Numbered from the stretch's first letter, positions 12,769 through 25,988 are shown. The stretch is 64,000 nucleotides of DNA from Octopus sinensis (GCF_006345805.1 NC_042998.1:43276001-43340000), one strand, 5' to 3'. Notes: generated from the sequence alone by a model not told the origin. A program made the numbers and translations.

Positions 12769-13975
12769 GATCAGCTCACTGATTGAAAACTTTGGCAGTT
12801 ACTCTCGAGTACGAGGTAGCATAAATGACGACTGGGTTGATCGCCTTAACCATCTTTATACTGTCGTGTTATTGGTCATCTTTGCGGTCATAATTAGCAC
12901 AGGTCAGTATGTCGGAGATGCTATTCAATGTTGGTGCCCGGCCGAGTTCACAGATGCCTTTGTCGACTACACCAAATCCTACTGTTGGATTGCCAACACT
13001 TACTACATACCGATGACAGACGTTATACCAGTTGAAATTCGCAAGCGAGAGGACAAACAAATAACTTACTACCAGTGGGTGCCACTAATATTACTGTTTC
13101 AAGCATTCATGTTTAAATTTCCAAATATACTTTGGACATCAACGCACGAATTATCAGGATTAAACCTTGATAAAATTGTGTCAATGGCTGAAGAGACTCA
13201 GTTAGGTTCCCCAGATGATCGTGAGGAAACCATTAAAAACATAGCTCATTTTCTCACACGCTGGCTTGAAGCTTATCGTGAATATAAACTCAATTTCCTT
13301 GTTAAACTACGACAAAGATCATCGAGGATGTGTTGCTTTCTGTGTTCCCGTCGCCAGGGTACTTTTCTTACTGGCCTCTATGTTTTTGTGAAAATGCTCT
13401 ACGTGGCTAATGTAATTGGCCAATTTTTCCTTCTGAATGCTTTTATGGCAACCGATTATACTGTTTACGGACTGGAAGTGTTAAATTCTTTAGCCAGTAA
13501 TACTGTTTGGCAAGAAAGTCCACGTTTCCCTAGAGTAACACTGTGTGACTTGCAAATTCGTCAATTACAAAATCTTCAAAGATACACCGTTCAATGTGTT
13601 TTACCAATCAATTTATTTAACGAAAAAATATTCATCTTTTTGTGGTTTTGGTTTGTGTTTGTCGCTGCATGTTCATGCATTAATCTTTTGTCCTGGTTCT
13701 ATCGCTTCATTTTCTCCCAGGCTCATATTGATTATGTCACTAAATACATTCGATGGTGGGATTCCATCCAGACAAAACAGGACAGAAAACTATGTCAAAA
13801 ATTTACGAAGGAGTATCTTCGAGACGATGGTTTTTTGGTCCTACGTGTTATAGCAAAGAATTCTACAGATTTAGTTGCCGGAGACTTATTACATTATCTG
13901 TGGAAGGCTTATAAGGAAAAGAATGAAGTGAAGAATAAAGAACCAGCAGATGTTGGTTCTAATGTTCATACTTAA
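12769..13975 (+). CDS. Innexin (invertebrate gap-junction protein); main coding exon, start codon probably completed by an upstream exon
   Basis: Intact frame with DDWVDRLNH, IQCWCP, SYCW, YYQWVP, FPRVTLCD, QCVLPINLFNEKIFIFLWFW and four hydrophobic segments. Polypyrimidine acceptor ttttcttttcgtattag ends at 12768; the TTG start at 12710 in the ORF track is probably intronic. Confidence 0.95.
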
Positions 13976-15070
13976 CATGAGAGCTTCGCTTGGAAAACGC
14001 AAGTGAAGGAGCATGTTATCGCTACAAACATCATGGAATGAACAGATATTTCCTCTTTACAGAAAAATTGTCTTCAACGAAAGGAAGCATGCGCATAAAA
14101 TTCGTAAAAGGTGAAAAACTCAAGCAAAATATGGAATGTATTTGAAAAGTCTAATTTATCGATATACGATAAAAGAAAACCTGTTGTGAAGCATGTCTGA
14201 GATTCATATGATGTCTCCTGAAGTTCTGCTCTACTTATTATTCACTTCTTCAAACATACTCAGCCCATCAAAAGATCCACAAAATTTGTCTTTTTTCTTC
14301 AGAAACTACAATAATATCGCTTTCTTTTTCCCACTCTTCATATGCTCTTTATTTTTTAACAACCCAATATAACAGAGGTTTCTCCATTTAACAGAAAAAT
14401 GAAATCTCTCATTATTCTAATTTGGGATCACAACCTACCCCTTTCATGTCAATGTAAACTCCGGAATTAAAAAAAAAAATTAAATTGATTAATTTCTAGA
14501 TCACATCTTTCATTTACTCTATTAGTATATTTCTTTTCTTTCATTCTGTATTTTCCCTTTTCACTCTTTTCGAGTGATTTATGTTAAATATTAAAAACAT
14601 AATTTAAAATAATTCCCTTCAGAGAATATAATCTTTATGTAGCGAAGAATCAGCTTGGCTGACAAGCTTTGTTAATTAATTTTAGCTTCATCAGCTTTCA
14701 ATAATATTAATAAAAGCTTCGTCAGACTAATTCATTTAATAATTCTGCTTAATGCTGCTAGCAGCCGCAGCATTTATTAATAAGAATGACTTCAGACTTC
14801 AGATCCTGAAGAAGTCGGTTTGATCTCAGTTGGGAGATGAGATATTGCACCATTACTTTATCTGCTTGGGAAGTAGGGATTATTCAATAATATCCCGTAA
14901 ATTCATGGCTACTGCCAATTATGAAATTAAAAAAAAAGGATTAATAAGCAGTAAAAGCAAATAATCCACCAAGGAAGTGCTGTATTTCTTAGGTCCCTAA
15001 CCTAAACGTACCAACTACTTTAAGGCTTCTAAAAGGTTCTTGGATTATTCTTTTATATCACCGTTGACAT

Positions 15071-15188
15071 CTTCTTCTTCTTCTTCTTCTTCTTCTTCTT
15101 CTTCTTCTTCTTCTTCTTCTTCTTCTTCTTCTTCTTCTTCTTCTTCTTCTTCTTCTTCTTCTTCTTCTTCTTCTTCTTCTTCTTCTTC

Positions 15189-15246
<58 letters not shown>
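15071..15246. repeat. Compound (TTC)n(TTA)n microsatellite
   Basis: Visible directly. Confidence 0.95.
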
Positions 15247-15247
<1 letters not shown>

Positions 15248-15434
15248 GGCGGTGAGCTGGCAGAATCGTTAGCACGCCGGGCGAAATGCCTAGTGGTATT
15301 TCGTCTGCCGTTACGTCCCGAGTTCAAATTCCGCCGAGGTCGACTTTCGGTGTCGATAAAATTAGTACCAGTTACGCACTGGGGTTTATGTAATCGACTA
15401 TCTCATTCCTCCAAATTTGAGGTCTTATGCTTCC

Positions 15435-15469
<35 letters not shown>

Positions 15470-15690
15470 GATTATTAAGGCAGCGTGCTGGCAGAATCGT
15501 TAGCACACCGGGCAAAATGCTAGGCGGTATTTCGTCCGCCTTTACGTTCTGAGTTGAAATTCCGCTGAGGTCGATTTTGCCTTTCATTCTTTTGGGGTTG
15601 ATAAATTAAGTACCTGTGAAGCACTGGGGTAGATGTAATCGACTGTTCTCCTCCCCCAAAATTTCAGCTCTTGTGCTTTTAGTAGAAAGA
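15247..15690 (+). mobile_element. Two adjacent copies of SINE family M (MetaSINE-like central domain) separated by (TTA)n
   Basis: ggcggtgagctggcagaatcgttagc...gagttcaaattcc...tcgataaattagtaccagtt...gggg...tgtaatcgact. The central motif resembles the Meta/Sauria SINE domain (recalled, not searched). Confidence 0.8.
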
Positions 15691-16084
15691 ATTATTTAAG
15701 AAATTAGTGTTTTAAAAATAGTTGGGTTTAATTAGAAACTAGAGGCAGGATGAAAATAAACACACAGGACACCACTATCAGATAGTAATTATAATAATTA
15801 TTTTCACAAACTCTACTACAACCCAATAAAATAACATAACTCTCATAGCAAATCGTCTGCATGACAGCTGAAATATTAAATCAACTCCATAAACAAAGTA
15901 ACGAAACTGCATAACTGAGCAAAACAGTTATGCTAACTCGAACACAACTTTACACAACCAAAATACAACTCTGCTAGCACCACAGTCACATAGAAGTCCA
16001 TTTGATGGAGTGGCAAAAACTTGTGTGAAACATGTTGAAAACATAATAATAATAGTAATAATAATAATAATAGTAGTAGTAGTA

Positions 16085-16116
<32 letters not shown>

Positions 16117-16585
16117 TACATAAACAATAAATTATCTATTAGTGATGTCAGTTATATTAACGTGTCCCAGTTTCACATCAACGAAGTAGTCTATTTTATT
16201 GCTGATTATTAAACACATATCTTGGTTACGACTTCCATAAATGCCAGTTAAGCTTCTTCGGCTTATCAAACATCTAAATTTATTATTTTCTTAAACTGAG
16301 TCTGATAACAAATAAGGGGGAAAAAAAACCCAAACAAAATCCCACCAAAACACAAAACTGCTTCATAAATCGACCAAGCATTTAAATCTATATCGTTTAA
16401 CATCGCTACGTTTGACATGTAAAAAAAGATGCCCCACTCTTACTTTCACAAGCACACGTATACACTCACGGACACATGCATGCAATCACATGTACGACCT
16501 ATATATACATGCATGCATACGTACGTACATACATACATACATACATACATACAGACAGACAGACAGACAGACACTTGTGTGTATA

Positions 16586-16748
16586 GGAAGTTAAACGTTA
16601 TGGTTGGCCATTGGTTTTGCATCCATGAAGCGCTTTGTAGTATGGGCGATTCGTCAGACTCAAATCGCCGAAGTCGCCTATACTGCTAAGCGGCTTATGG
16701 GTGCAAAACCAAGGGCCACTCTATCACCGGCCATAACATCTAACTTCC
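16586..16748. mobile_element. 163-bp fold-back MITE flanked by TA
   Basis: Nested inverted arms: ggaagtta..gttatgg / ccataac..taacttcc, ttggttttgcatcc / ggtgcaaaaccaa, agtatgggcgat / gtcgcctatact. TA on both sides. Confidence 0.75.
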
Positions 16749-16817
16749 TAAAAACATATATGTTACTGTTCTCACGCTTTATAGTGTGCTTCTTTTTCGG
16801 ATATATGAACCACTGAC

Positions 16818-16874
<57 letters not shown>

Positions 16875-17284
16875 GCATTATATATGTATATAGGTATGTA
16901 AGTATATAATATTTATATATGTGTATAATATATAGATATATAATGCATATATACATAAATGCACACACTCACACATACAGACACATACATATATATTCAC
17001 ACACGTATACATGATATTTCATTTACGCAAACAACCACATCTTTAAACGGCCTAATTATACATTTTTTAAAATATAAATGCTCTCTATTTTTTTATTTTT
17101 CAAAATTCAATGAGAGGTTAAAATCTTAATTTTGTTTTGATTCAATTTTGCTTTACTGTATATGTCTTTTCTACAGTAATAAATCTTGTTTTGTTTTCAA
17201 ATAAAAGTAAAACGTTTGAATTTGTTTCGTTTTTGGATTTGGTTTGCAAGATTCTTTATATGAGTTCGTGTGTTGAAGCATATT

Positions 17285-17471
17285 CTGTTGTGTCTGGGGA
17301 GAGTAATTTTCTTTTTGTGCCTTATAATGTAACACACTCACCGGTAAAATTTCCACTTTGGAAAATAAAAATAAAAATATGAAATAAAAATATGAAATAA
17401 GTGGAAATTTTACCGGTGCTGTGTTACATTATAAGTCACAAAAAGAAAATGACTCTCCCCAGACACAACAG
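17285..17471. repeat. Inverted repeat with ~73-bp arms and a 40-bp AT-rich spacer
   Basis: ctgttgtgtctggggagag...accggtaaaatttccactt matches the reverse complement of aagtggaaattttaccggt...ctctccccagacacaacag with few mismatches. Confidence 0.9.
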
Positions 17472-17777
17472 AGCTTGAATTTGTTTTATATCAATAACAA
17501 TTCTGTTGGTTTTCATGTCCAAGGTTTTTGAAATGTATTACGATGTTTTCTTTCCTTAGCGAGAATTTGGTGATTGGCAGCTAAAAATCTAGGGGTCCTC
17601 AAGTGTAATCAGGATGCAGATCATGGCCCTGCAATAAATAAATAATATATAAATAAATAAAAGGAAATAAATATATAAAAATAAAAAATACTAATGATCA
17701 AAGAAATATTATGAGATAAATGTTTGCTACTTTAAGGATGTCATACAATGCAGAATTTTGTATATAATATACTTACC

Positions 17778-18173
17778 CTAAAGTCCAACCCTTCCTCAAA
17801 GCGGTAGGGTGGTGTAAACGGGCAGTGTCAGAGCTATGCCGTCGGGAACTTCGGTTCCTGGTAGGGCCACCCAAGGCAGATTGGTCTGGCACCGAGCGGT
17901 ATTAGGGCCGCAGCCTTTCCAACGGGGCTCTGGTGAAAATTCCAAGAGGCGTCTGATCGGCAACCGGCGGCTTCGAGGTCGTTCTGTCCCTGCATCTGTG
18001 GAGACTCTGCGGCAAACAGGGCGTCCCGTCACTCGGAATATGCATGCGGGATGTCGGGGACCGCTTGTGAATTCAATATTCCCACGAAACTTCTATGTTC
18101 GTGATGCCGTCAGGAGCTGAGAAGAAACCGGCTCAACCCACCCTGGGTGAACGCCGTCACAAATACAAGTAAG
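17778..18173 (+). mobile_element. GC-rich non-coding retroelement, probably a non-autonomous RTE derivative
   Basis: Flanked by tacttacc direct repeats (17770-17777, 18174-18181) and ends in caagtaag. gttcctggtagggccacccaaggca resembles RTE-clade 5' UTRs (recalled). Confidence 0.45.
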
Positions 18174-18199
18174 TACTTACCTGAAACTTCTAAATGTCT

Positions 18200-19480
18200 T
18201 ACCTTGGTTATGACATCCTTTGCATGAGAAAGAGTCTGAGAAATGACTTGTTATGCAGGTTCCGTTAACCCATTCAAATCCCTCATTGTTTTGTTAGCAG
18301 AAGTAGTTACTCCCCAAATGTCGCTGTAATCGACTTTCCAAGCACTGGTGTATACAAACTTCCAACTGTTTCTGTAGGCAACCCATCATCCGTCGGATGT
18401 GACGGCGTTAACAGCAATAGCAGTCACTCTCTAAATGTTATCGGCTTGTTGGTGTAGATAACTCTCCGATCGTTGGTTGTTGCTACGAATAACCACGTGG
18501 TGGTGGTGGCGTGTATTATAATATCCCTGAAATATAAAGATTTTGTTAAACTTTCCGCATTGTGAGAATCTTTCCCATTTTTCGTTTTTCCCTTCTTCGA
18601 TATTGCAATATTTCAAGCGAATTATAATACTCACACACACTTCCATCCGTCATTCTGACACCATGACCGACTCAAAGTATCCAATTCAAAATTCTTCTTC
18701 TTTCAACACTGGTGTTGCCCACTTTCTCAAATATGAGAATATCAGGTGTGATACAGTACTGATGAAACCTCTCCAAAAACGTGATATGATGCCTGTAGGT
18801 TATCCACTCCACGCACCTATATAGCAAGCCTGAGAACATAGACCTCGTACACAGAGAGCATTGTGTTTGTTATAATACTCCGATCTAACCAGACTCGCTT
18901 CTCGAGTTTCCCGAAAGTAACACTAGCTTTCGTAATCCTTTGATTTATTTCAGCGTCAAGCGTATCATCTCTACTAAGCGTATTTCCGGGATACACAAAG
19001 CTGTCCACCACTTCAAGATTTTTTCTCCCACGAAGAAGTTAAGCTACAGATAAACGTCTCCAGCTAATGGAGTGTACATGATTTTGGTTATCTTTATGCT
19101 AGTATTGAGTCCAAATGCAGTACACGTCTTAAGGAAAATGACCACTATCATCTACATATCACCTACAAAGTCAGCCACTCGATCTGTATCATTAATATAA
19201 AGAAACTCTTTGAAAAAGGGCAAACTATTTTTGACTTGGTGTTGAAAGATCTTTGATTGAAGACTTTGTCAGAGATTCTGAATCGCATGTAAACACCGAT
19301 TTCACTTACATTAGTATCACGGCAAAGTATATGAAGATAGGAGTTTGTACTAGTATGTCAGCCTGTTTGAATTCGTTTTCCATTGAAATTGGTTCTAAAA
19401 GCTTTCCATTTAAGGTTCGCTCTTGCTTTCATGGTGTGGTGACTTTTTAAATATTCCCACAAAATTGAGGAGGGCATCTA
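18200..19480 (-). mobile_element. Degenerate RTE-clade LINE (RT and C-terminus)
   Basis: FVYPGNTLSRDDTLDAEINQRITKASVTFGKLEKRVW (ORF 18817-19011) and LERFHQ-like motifs, with stops and frameshifts. Confidence 0.85.
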
Positions 19481-19978
19481 AGCTTCTTTTATAATTTTTT
19501 TCATTTAGTTCAAGTATTATATCTGGGAATGTGCTTGCAAAACGGAAGCTGGGCCGAAGTGCACATTGTCGTATAAAGTTTAATAAGAGAGGGCACTTTT
19601 CTAACTAGGGGGAACAACTGACACACACATATATACACTTATTAAATGTGCATGTGTGCGTACGAGCACGCATGCTTTCGTGTGGGCGAATCGTGTTGTT
19701 TGAATATGTCCACGTAGCTTCGTGGTTCGTCAAATAGCTAGGATAAGTGCTGGACTTAAGATAAGCTATTGGGGGCATTTTGTTCGAAAAATCCTTTAAA
19801 GCGATGTCATAGCATACCAATAGTTCAATGAACGCAACAAGGAAAGAATATACATACATGCATACATACCACATATTAACAAACATCAGGAACCCTCTTA
19901 ATTCAAAGTCTTGTTGATTTGTGAGCAACCAGCTTGAATCCTCTCAAGAACTTAATTAAACCTAAAGAAAATCTTATA

Positions 19979-20022
<44 letters not shown>

Positions 20023-20732
20023 ATATATATTATAATAAACCTTCAGTTTTAAGTTTTATATTTTGATATGCATGTAATCTCGTAGCATATAGTTAATAAT
20101 AAAGTCATTAGAGCAGGGAATGTGATCGTGCTGATTAGATTATACATTTTTTACATTTTTATGAAAATAGAACATTTATCTCTTTTCAACAGAGAACTAT
20201 TTATAGTGTTTATAAACACAGATAAACTAAATATGTATTATTTTCCTAACACCGGATAAACTAACAACGATGGTTAATTATTAATGAATAATTCATCACA
20301 CATTTGAAATGTAAAACATACCTTTTTAATAAACATGTCATCATGCCTATTTCAGCTTAGCGATCAATAATTGATAATTGTATGTGTTGTGTGATAAAAT
20401 ATTAGTAAGGACATTGATAATACTGTCAATACAAAGATACCTTAATTTCGGTAACAAAACAAGTAATACTAACACAGAAAATGGTCAATTTAAACAAAAG
20501 TAATCTTAACGTTTGTATTGGTGACAAAAAGATCACTCACAATATAAACCAGATGGGCCACACTTTGGATGAATGCAAACAAGGAGGGCTATTAAAATAT
20601 AGGGTCAGATTCAAAGAACAATATACATGTATTACAGTTTGTACAACAGGTGTAGGCGTGTATGTCAAAAATAAAAAATAAGATTTGGCTGTGAAATTAC
20701 ACACACACACACACACACACAACATACACATA

Positions 20733-21292
20733 TCTATTATATAAAATCCGTTCTGTCAGTGTGTGTGTGTGTGTGTCTTCTAGGATCTCGGGCGTCCTCC
20801 ATCCGATTGCACTCAAATTTTATATGTCGATACCGACGGTATCAGGGCGTGTATAAGTCTTGAAAAAATTACAAAAATTGATTCCAAGTGAGAATGCGAT
20901 CGATAAAGCCGTGGGAACGTGCATTTGTAAGCGCAAGTACATCAGCTGTTGTGATCGATACTACCCGTACGCGAGAAAAATGCACGTGCAGTTTGCGCAA
21001 AAAAAGTCGGCTGGCTTGAAATAATGCCACAAAATGCAGTATATTTAAGAGACCAAAAAAGTAAGATGCAAAAGAGATATTTTCTTCAAACTTGGCATGA
21101 AGGAAGGAAAGTCTATTAGGTTTCTCAAGATGTCTTTTTTGCCTTAACTTCGTTTAACAAAATCAAAAATTTTATTGAAATAAAGGCATGCGTAATTAGT
21201 TTTTAATGAAACGAAAACACTAATTGCTTTTTATTCAGCAGATATGATTCAGCACCGTCCATTGGACGGGGTGGGGGGAGGCGTTTTGCTCG
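20733..21292 (+). mobile_element. Helitron-like non-autonomous element, distinct family
   Basis: 5' A|TC-tattatataaa; subterminal hairpin accgtcc-att-ggacggg followed by CTCG|T. Confidence 0.5.
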
Positions 21293-21299
21293 TATATAT

Positions 21300-21760
21300 A
21301 TGTATCTACAGTAAACAAAAGACGAAGGCAGGTGTGGGAACAATAAACAGGTGCATTAGTTTGGGAAAAATCTTTGACGTTTCGACCCTACGCTCTTTAA
21401 CAGAAAGGGTTGAGGAAAAAAATGGAGAGGGGACGAAAGAAAAAAAAAACGGAGTGAGAAAAAATACGTAGGGATAAACGGTTCAACTTGAAACGACCGG
21501 AAGAAAGAGGATGATTTAAAGGGAGATAATAACGGTGACCTGGCTGAACAAGGGTGCGCAAACGCTTGTGTGTAAGAATTATGTGTATGTGCGTGAATGG
21601 GGGCAGCGCGTATGAATGTATGTGTGTGTATGTGTATATGTAACCTAGTGCGTGCATTGTGTGGAGTGATGTGCATTTCGTCAATTCGTATGTGTGCGTA
21701 TGGACGTGTGTATATGTGTGTGAGGCTATCGTGTGTGTGATTGGAAGAAAACAGTACTTT
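21300..21760 (-). mobile_element. PLE-type terminal-repeat relic with hammerhead-like motif (21371-21407)
   Basis: Shares aagacgaaggcaggtg...ttagt...acgtttcga.cctacgctct with 27660-27760, 32163-32300 and 60610-60790. Confidence 0.65.
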
Positions 21761-21924
21761 AGATCGTCCGCTCAATAACGTAACCTTGAGTAAATGAATC
21801 TTAGACACCTCCATCAAACAGAATCCACACAGCTTGATGTCGCCGAGTTATAGTTTAGATTTGGTAAGAATATTCCAGTTTAGCTTGGAAAGAATAATTC
21901 TAAATTTATATTTGATGTTTCAAA

Positions 21925-22292
21925 TCTCTCTCTATATAAAGCTGAAGTTGTCTGCAGGTTTGGTAGATTTCAACTAGCACTATCTCCTCCGACACACTGC
22001 GGCGCAAGTTGACCAAAATTGAGAGTATGATAGAAGGCTTGCTCTTCATTCCGTAGAAGATAAAATTCAAATCGGACAATGTTGACACCAAAAATTATTT
22101 ACATCAAAAAGGTGCTTTTTTTATGAAAATCCCTATTTTTTACGATTTTTTTACTGCTGTTTCGCCAGTTTTCGGTGTATTTCCACCAGAAAAATGTTCA
22201 CTTAAAGAGAATAACAAGCTACATTATGCAAATTTTTTTATTTTTCAAAAATTCCAATTCTAAAGGGTTTCGACGCCGGTCGATACTGCTAG
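21925..22292 (+). mobile_element. Non-autonomous Helitron, family H1
   Basis: A|TC...gatactgCTAG|T with no target-site duplication; homologous to 6007-6317. Confidence 0.8.
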
Positions 22293-23183
22293 TATACGAT
22301 GAAAGAGTTTTGAATCTTTAGTTATGGCCATATGAAAAGCTTAGTTGACTGCAGCATATCTCAAAAGAATTAGCTGTGAAACTGATGCATCTTTTAGTTG
22401 AATCGATAGTGTTTACTTCATAGTAATATTTTATATTCTTAGTCAAGCTGTTGAATGGCAGACTCGTACTAGTTTTGGTGAGTTTAGCTGGGTTAGGTGA
22501 ATCATAGGTGGGTCAATACAGAGAATTGTGAAGAGCGAGAGTTTTACTATGCTCTTCTTAAATATTTTACATTACATATATTTCAATACGAAATATTTAC
22601 TTAAATGAAAAGAAAAAAAATTGTAGTTATGGGTGTTGTTATTTCTAGATCAAGTTGCTCTTCCGAACTCTGTTGTTATTTTCTTACGGATGATATAATA
22701 TTTTTCATTGAAATAACAATGTTTTAAGGTTCCCTATTAACATGCAGAATGGGCTTTAGATAGTTTTTAGTAAGGGACTAAACTGGATAATCTAGGCGAG
22801 AAATTCTAATTAGTTTGATTAAAAGTTTATGGTAAAGGAGAAGCTGCACTTTATAACCAGTGAAAGGCCATGACTTCTATATAATTTGCTTTCTATAAAA
22901 TGAAAAAGAGAAAAAGAAACTTAAATTTAGGTCGACGAATATGAAGTCGAAACAACTCAATGACGTCACTTAGTATTGCTGTATCACTCACAAATCGAGT
23001 CCACCACTTATTTTACGTAAACGAATACGTAGACAAAGACGTATTCGTGTACGAAACGTCGTAATTACAGTGCTGGCTCTGAATGCTATAGAAAATCTAT
23101 AGTTTATCACATAAAAATGAGAATATCGTACTATTAAGATAAAAATTAAGACACAATGTCGACTTGTAAAGCTTTAATATCTA

Positions 23184-24389
23184 TGGTAGTCGGCTGATAG
23201 GTTCATAGGCTGACGAAAATACTCCCATAGAATGGGAACTATTAGGGTTTATTTTTCAATATAGGCCCCTTTGCGGTCCATGCAATTCTTCCGTCGGTAT
23301 TGTAGTGCTTGGATATTCGATTGGTGAAGAAGTTTTCATTCTGTTTCCCCCACCCAAATCATCAACAACAACAGCCGTTCAAGAATTTGGACCTGGAGAT
23401 CTCCATTTCCAGCGTCTTCGAGGGCCACCTCCCAGTGGTGTCGGGCGTCAACGAAGAACCCTCAACTACAACACGACCAAAGTTTTTTTTCCATGGTCTG
23501 GGGTCTCCCGCCCCTAAGCTTTCACCTAATCACCTAAGACCATCACCTAATCACCCTTACCCGTCTTGTTGCTTAACAACAACAACAAATATAAAGTCAT
23601 CATCATTGCAATTCTGGTTCAAACCAGTTCAAAGCCAAAATCACACTCAGCAGCCATTGAAACAAAGGACTTGTGTACTGAAGCATTGTCCCAATGAAAC
23701 AAGACCTCTTTCGTCAGTTTTCGTGTGCTTTTGGTTTTGAAAGCCTTTTGTAACTGCCTCGGCAAGTTAGCATAGTACTCTCCATTGCAGGTGTGACCCT
23801 TTTGAAGATAGTTAATAAAGACAATGCCTTTTGCATTCCGAAAAACTGAGGCTGTCTCCTTCCTCTGGCCTTCTTTGGAGCAGATGAGGACGGGTGGAAG
23901 CATCCATCCACATCTGGATTGTTTCTTTGTCTTTGGCTCAAAGTGATGAACCCAACACTCATCCCGGGTTAGGAAATGTTCCAGGAAACCAGCTGGATCT
24001 GCCTCAAAACATGTCAGATTTACCCGTGATGTGATCAGCCTCGTGCACTTTTGATTGGGTGTCAGAAGACATGACACTCACCGAGCAGAGACCTTGGTCA
24101 TGTCAAGAACGTCATCTCCTAATATGGCAACCATGTCAGTATGAATGTCGTGGCAGCTAAACTCTTTTAATCTTTTACTTGATAACACCACGATTTCAAA
24201 CTTTTTCGATTTTCAAGAGAAGTCGCTACTCGTTACTTCTGCAGTCTTCTTTGAACAGGCAGTTTTCAGTTTACGTGGGAACAAACAATGCAGTTGTTAA
24301 TAAGAAAGTTAAAATAAATGCATGCAAGATTTCACAGCTCTAGCGTCGCTACTTCATAGTCAGCCAATGAGTTTTTCAGCACACCCTCA
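23184..24389 (-). mobile_element. Degenerate mariner transposon with an internal foreign insert at ~23345-23620
   Basis: Terminal inverted repeats at both ends (gctga..agttcat..gctgac type). Transposase remnants DECWVHHFEP, SVF.NAKGIVFINYLQKG, VLFHWDNA (ORF 23619-24077). Confidence 0.85.
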
Positions 24390-24442
24390 TGTGTGTGTGT
24401 GTGTATGTGCGTGTGAGTGTGTGTGCGCGTGCGTGTGTGTGC

Positions 24443-24482
<40 letters not shown>

Positions 24483-24499
24483 ACTCACACATATATAAG

Positions 24500-25133
24500 C
24501 TTAGGGAAGGAAAGAAAGGGTGTTTTACGTTTCGTGTGAAGCCTTTCCTCAGAAACAGGAGACACAGGAAAGGAAGATGGAGGGAAAAGTCGCCAACATT
24601 CCAATGTTTGCATATTTGTATGTGTATATATATATTACGTCTATTCATGTATGTATATGTATATGTATACAGTAATCCCTCGCCATATCGCGGGTCACCT
24701 ATTGCACTCTTACCACCACACGCACACACGCTACCACGCATACACGCACTCAGTTATTGCTACACATACACGCTACCATACACGCAATACTATCACAAAC
24801 ACACACACACTCATATACCACCGCACACACCCACACATTCACACAGATACCGACCATTCTTCACACTCTCCTGTCCCAGAAAGCTCTTTCTCTTTGTCCA
24901 TGTACTTCCAGTCATTCTAAAATATAATACACGTATACTGTTGGCGATTTTTTTCCTCCTTGTTCCTTTTCTTTTGGACTTTCTCATGTATTCTGTTTCC
25001 GAAGAGGAGCTATGCTCGAAACGTAAAACAACCACTTTTTCTTCCCTTCTCTAAGTGTCTTATTAATTAATATTTTGTATGTACAACGTTCCCGTGTCGT
25101 TTTTTTCTTTTCTTTTTTCTGCGTTTTTTTAAA

Positions 25134-25140
<7 letters not shown>
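24500..25140 (+). mobile_element. CA-rich PLE-type terminal-repeat relic with hammerhead-like motif (24994-25030)
   Basis: Related to 28120-28920 (acactctcctgtccc...gagctatgctcgaaacgt); bounded by (TA)n. Confidence 0.6.
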
Positions 25141-25186
<46 letters not shown>

Positions 25187-25988
25187 GAGTAAACAATAGA
25201 TGATGACAAACATTAAGGGCCGTCAAGCCCAGGCGCATTGTAATGGGTAACGCCTGGGAGAAATTTCGAAAGGATATAGAATAAGTAGAAGAGAAAAAAT
25301 GTCGGGAGGCGAGAAAAATTACATCCAGCGATGTGGACGTCACGTCCGGAAAAGACGGAGGCTAGAGAAATGGCCTGTAGTTATGTGAGAGCGAACAGGC
25401 AGAGGAGAAGGGGGACAAGAGAGAAGATGAGGGAACGAAACAAAGTGAGTGGGGAGAAGGGAGAAAGAATGAAAGAAAGTAGGGAGCGGAGGAAGATAGA
25501 CAGGGACAGCAAATAAGGAGGGGGAGAAACGGAAAATTATAGAAGGATAGCGAGAAAGAAAGGGAACAGTGAGTAAAGTCGCAGAAATTATAAAAAAAAG
25601 TAAAAACCTACTGTGCACAAGGCTACGTGGCGTTCGATCCTAAATAAATAAATATAAAATACACCAGGTAGAGGACGTCACCAAGGAGTGGAAAATACGT
25701 AAACACACGAGGAGTAAGTACAGGACAAAATACCCCAAAAAATACTATAAGAACAGGACATCAACAAGTGAAAACACATAATGAGAGACAAGTACGTGAC
25801 AAAATACCAAAAGAAGTCTAACCTCTCCTCAGTTGTCGACTGTTAATTACTCTCTATTTCGAGCTTTCAACGGCAAAATATGAAACTTTCATAAAACAGC
25901 AGCAATATATATATATGTATATGTACACCAGCAATATATAAACATGCAAACAAAAGCAAACAAAATACACAAATATAGAGACGTAGCG

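Noticed and set aside
14660-14730. Two minus-strand CTGA(C/T)GA-AGCT motifs with stems
   Set aside because: Neither is followed by GAAA and a cleavage triplet; at best decayed remnants.
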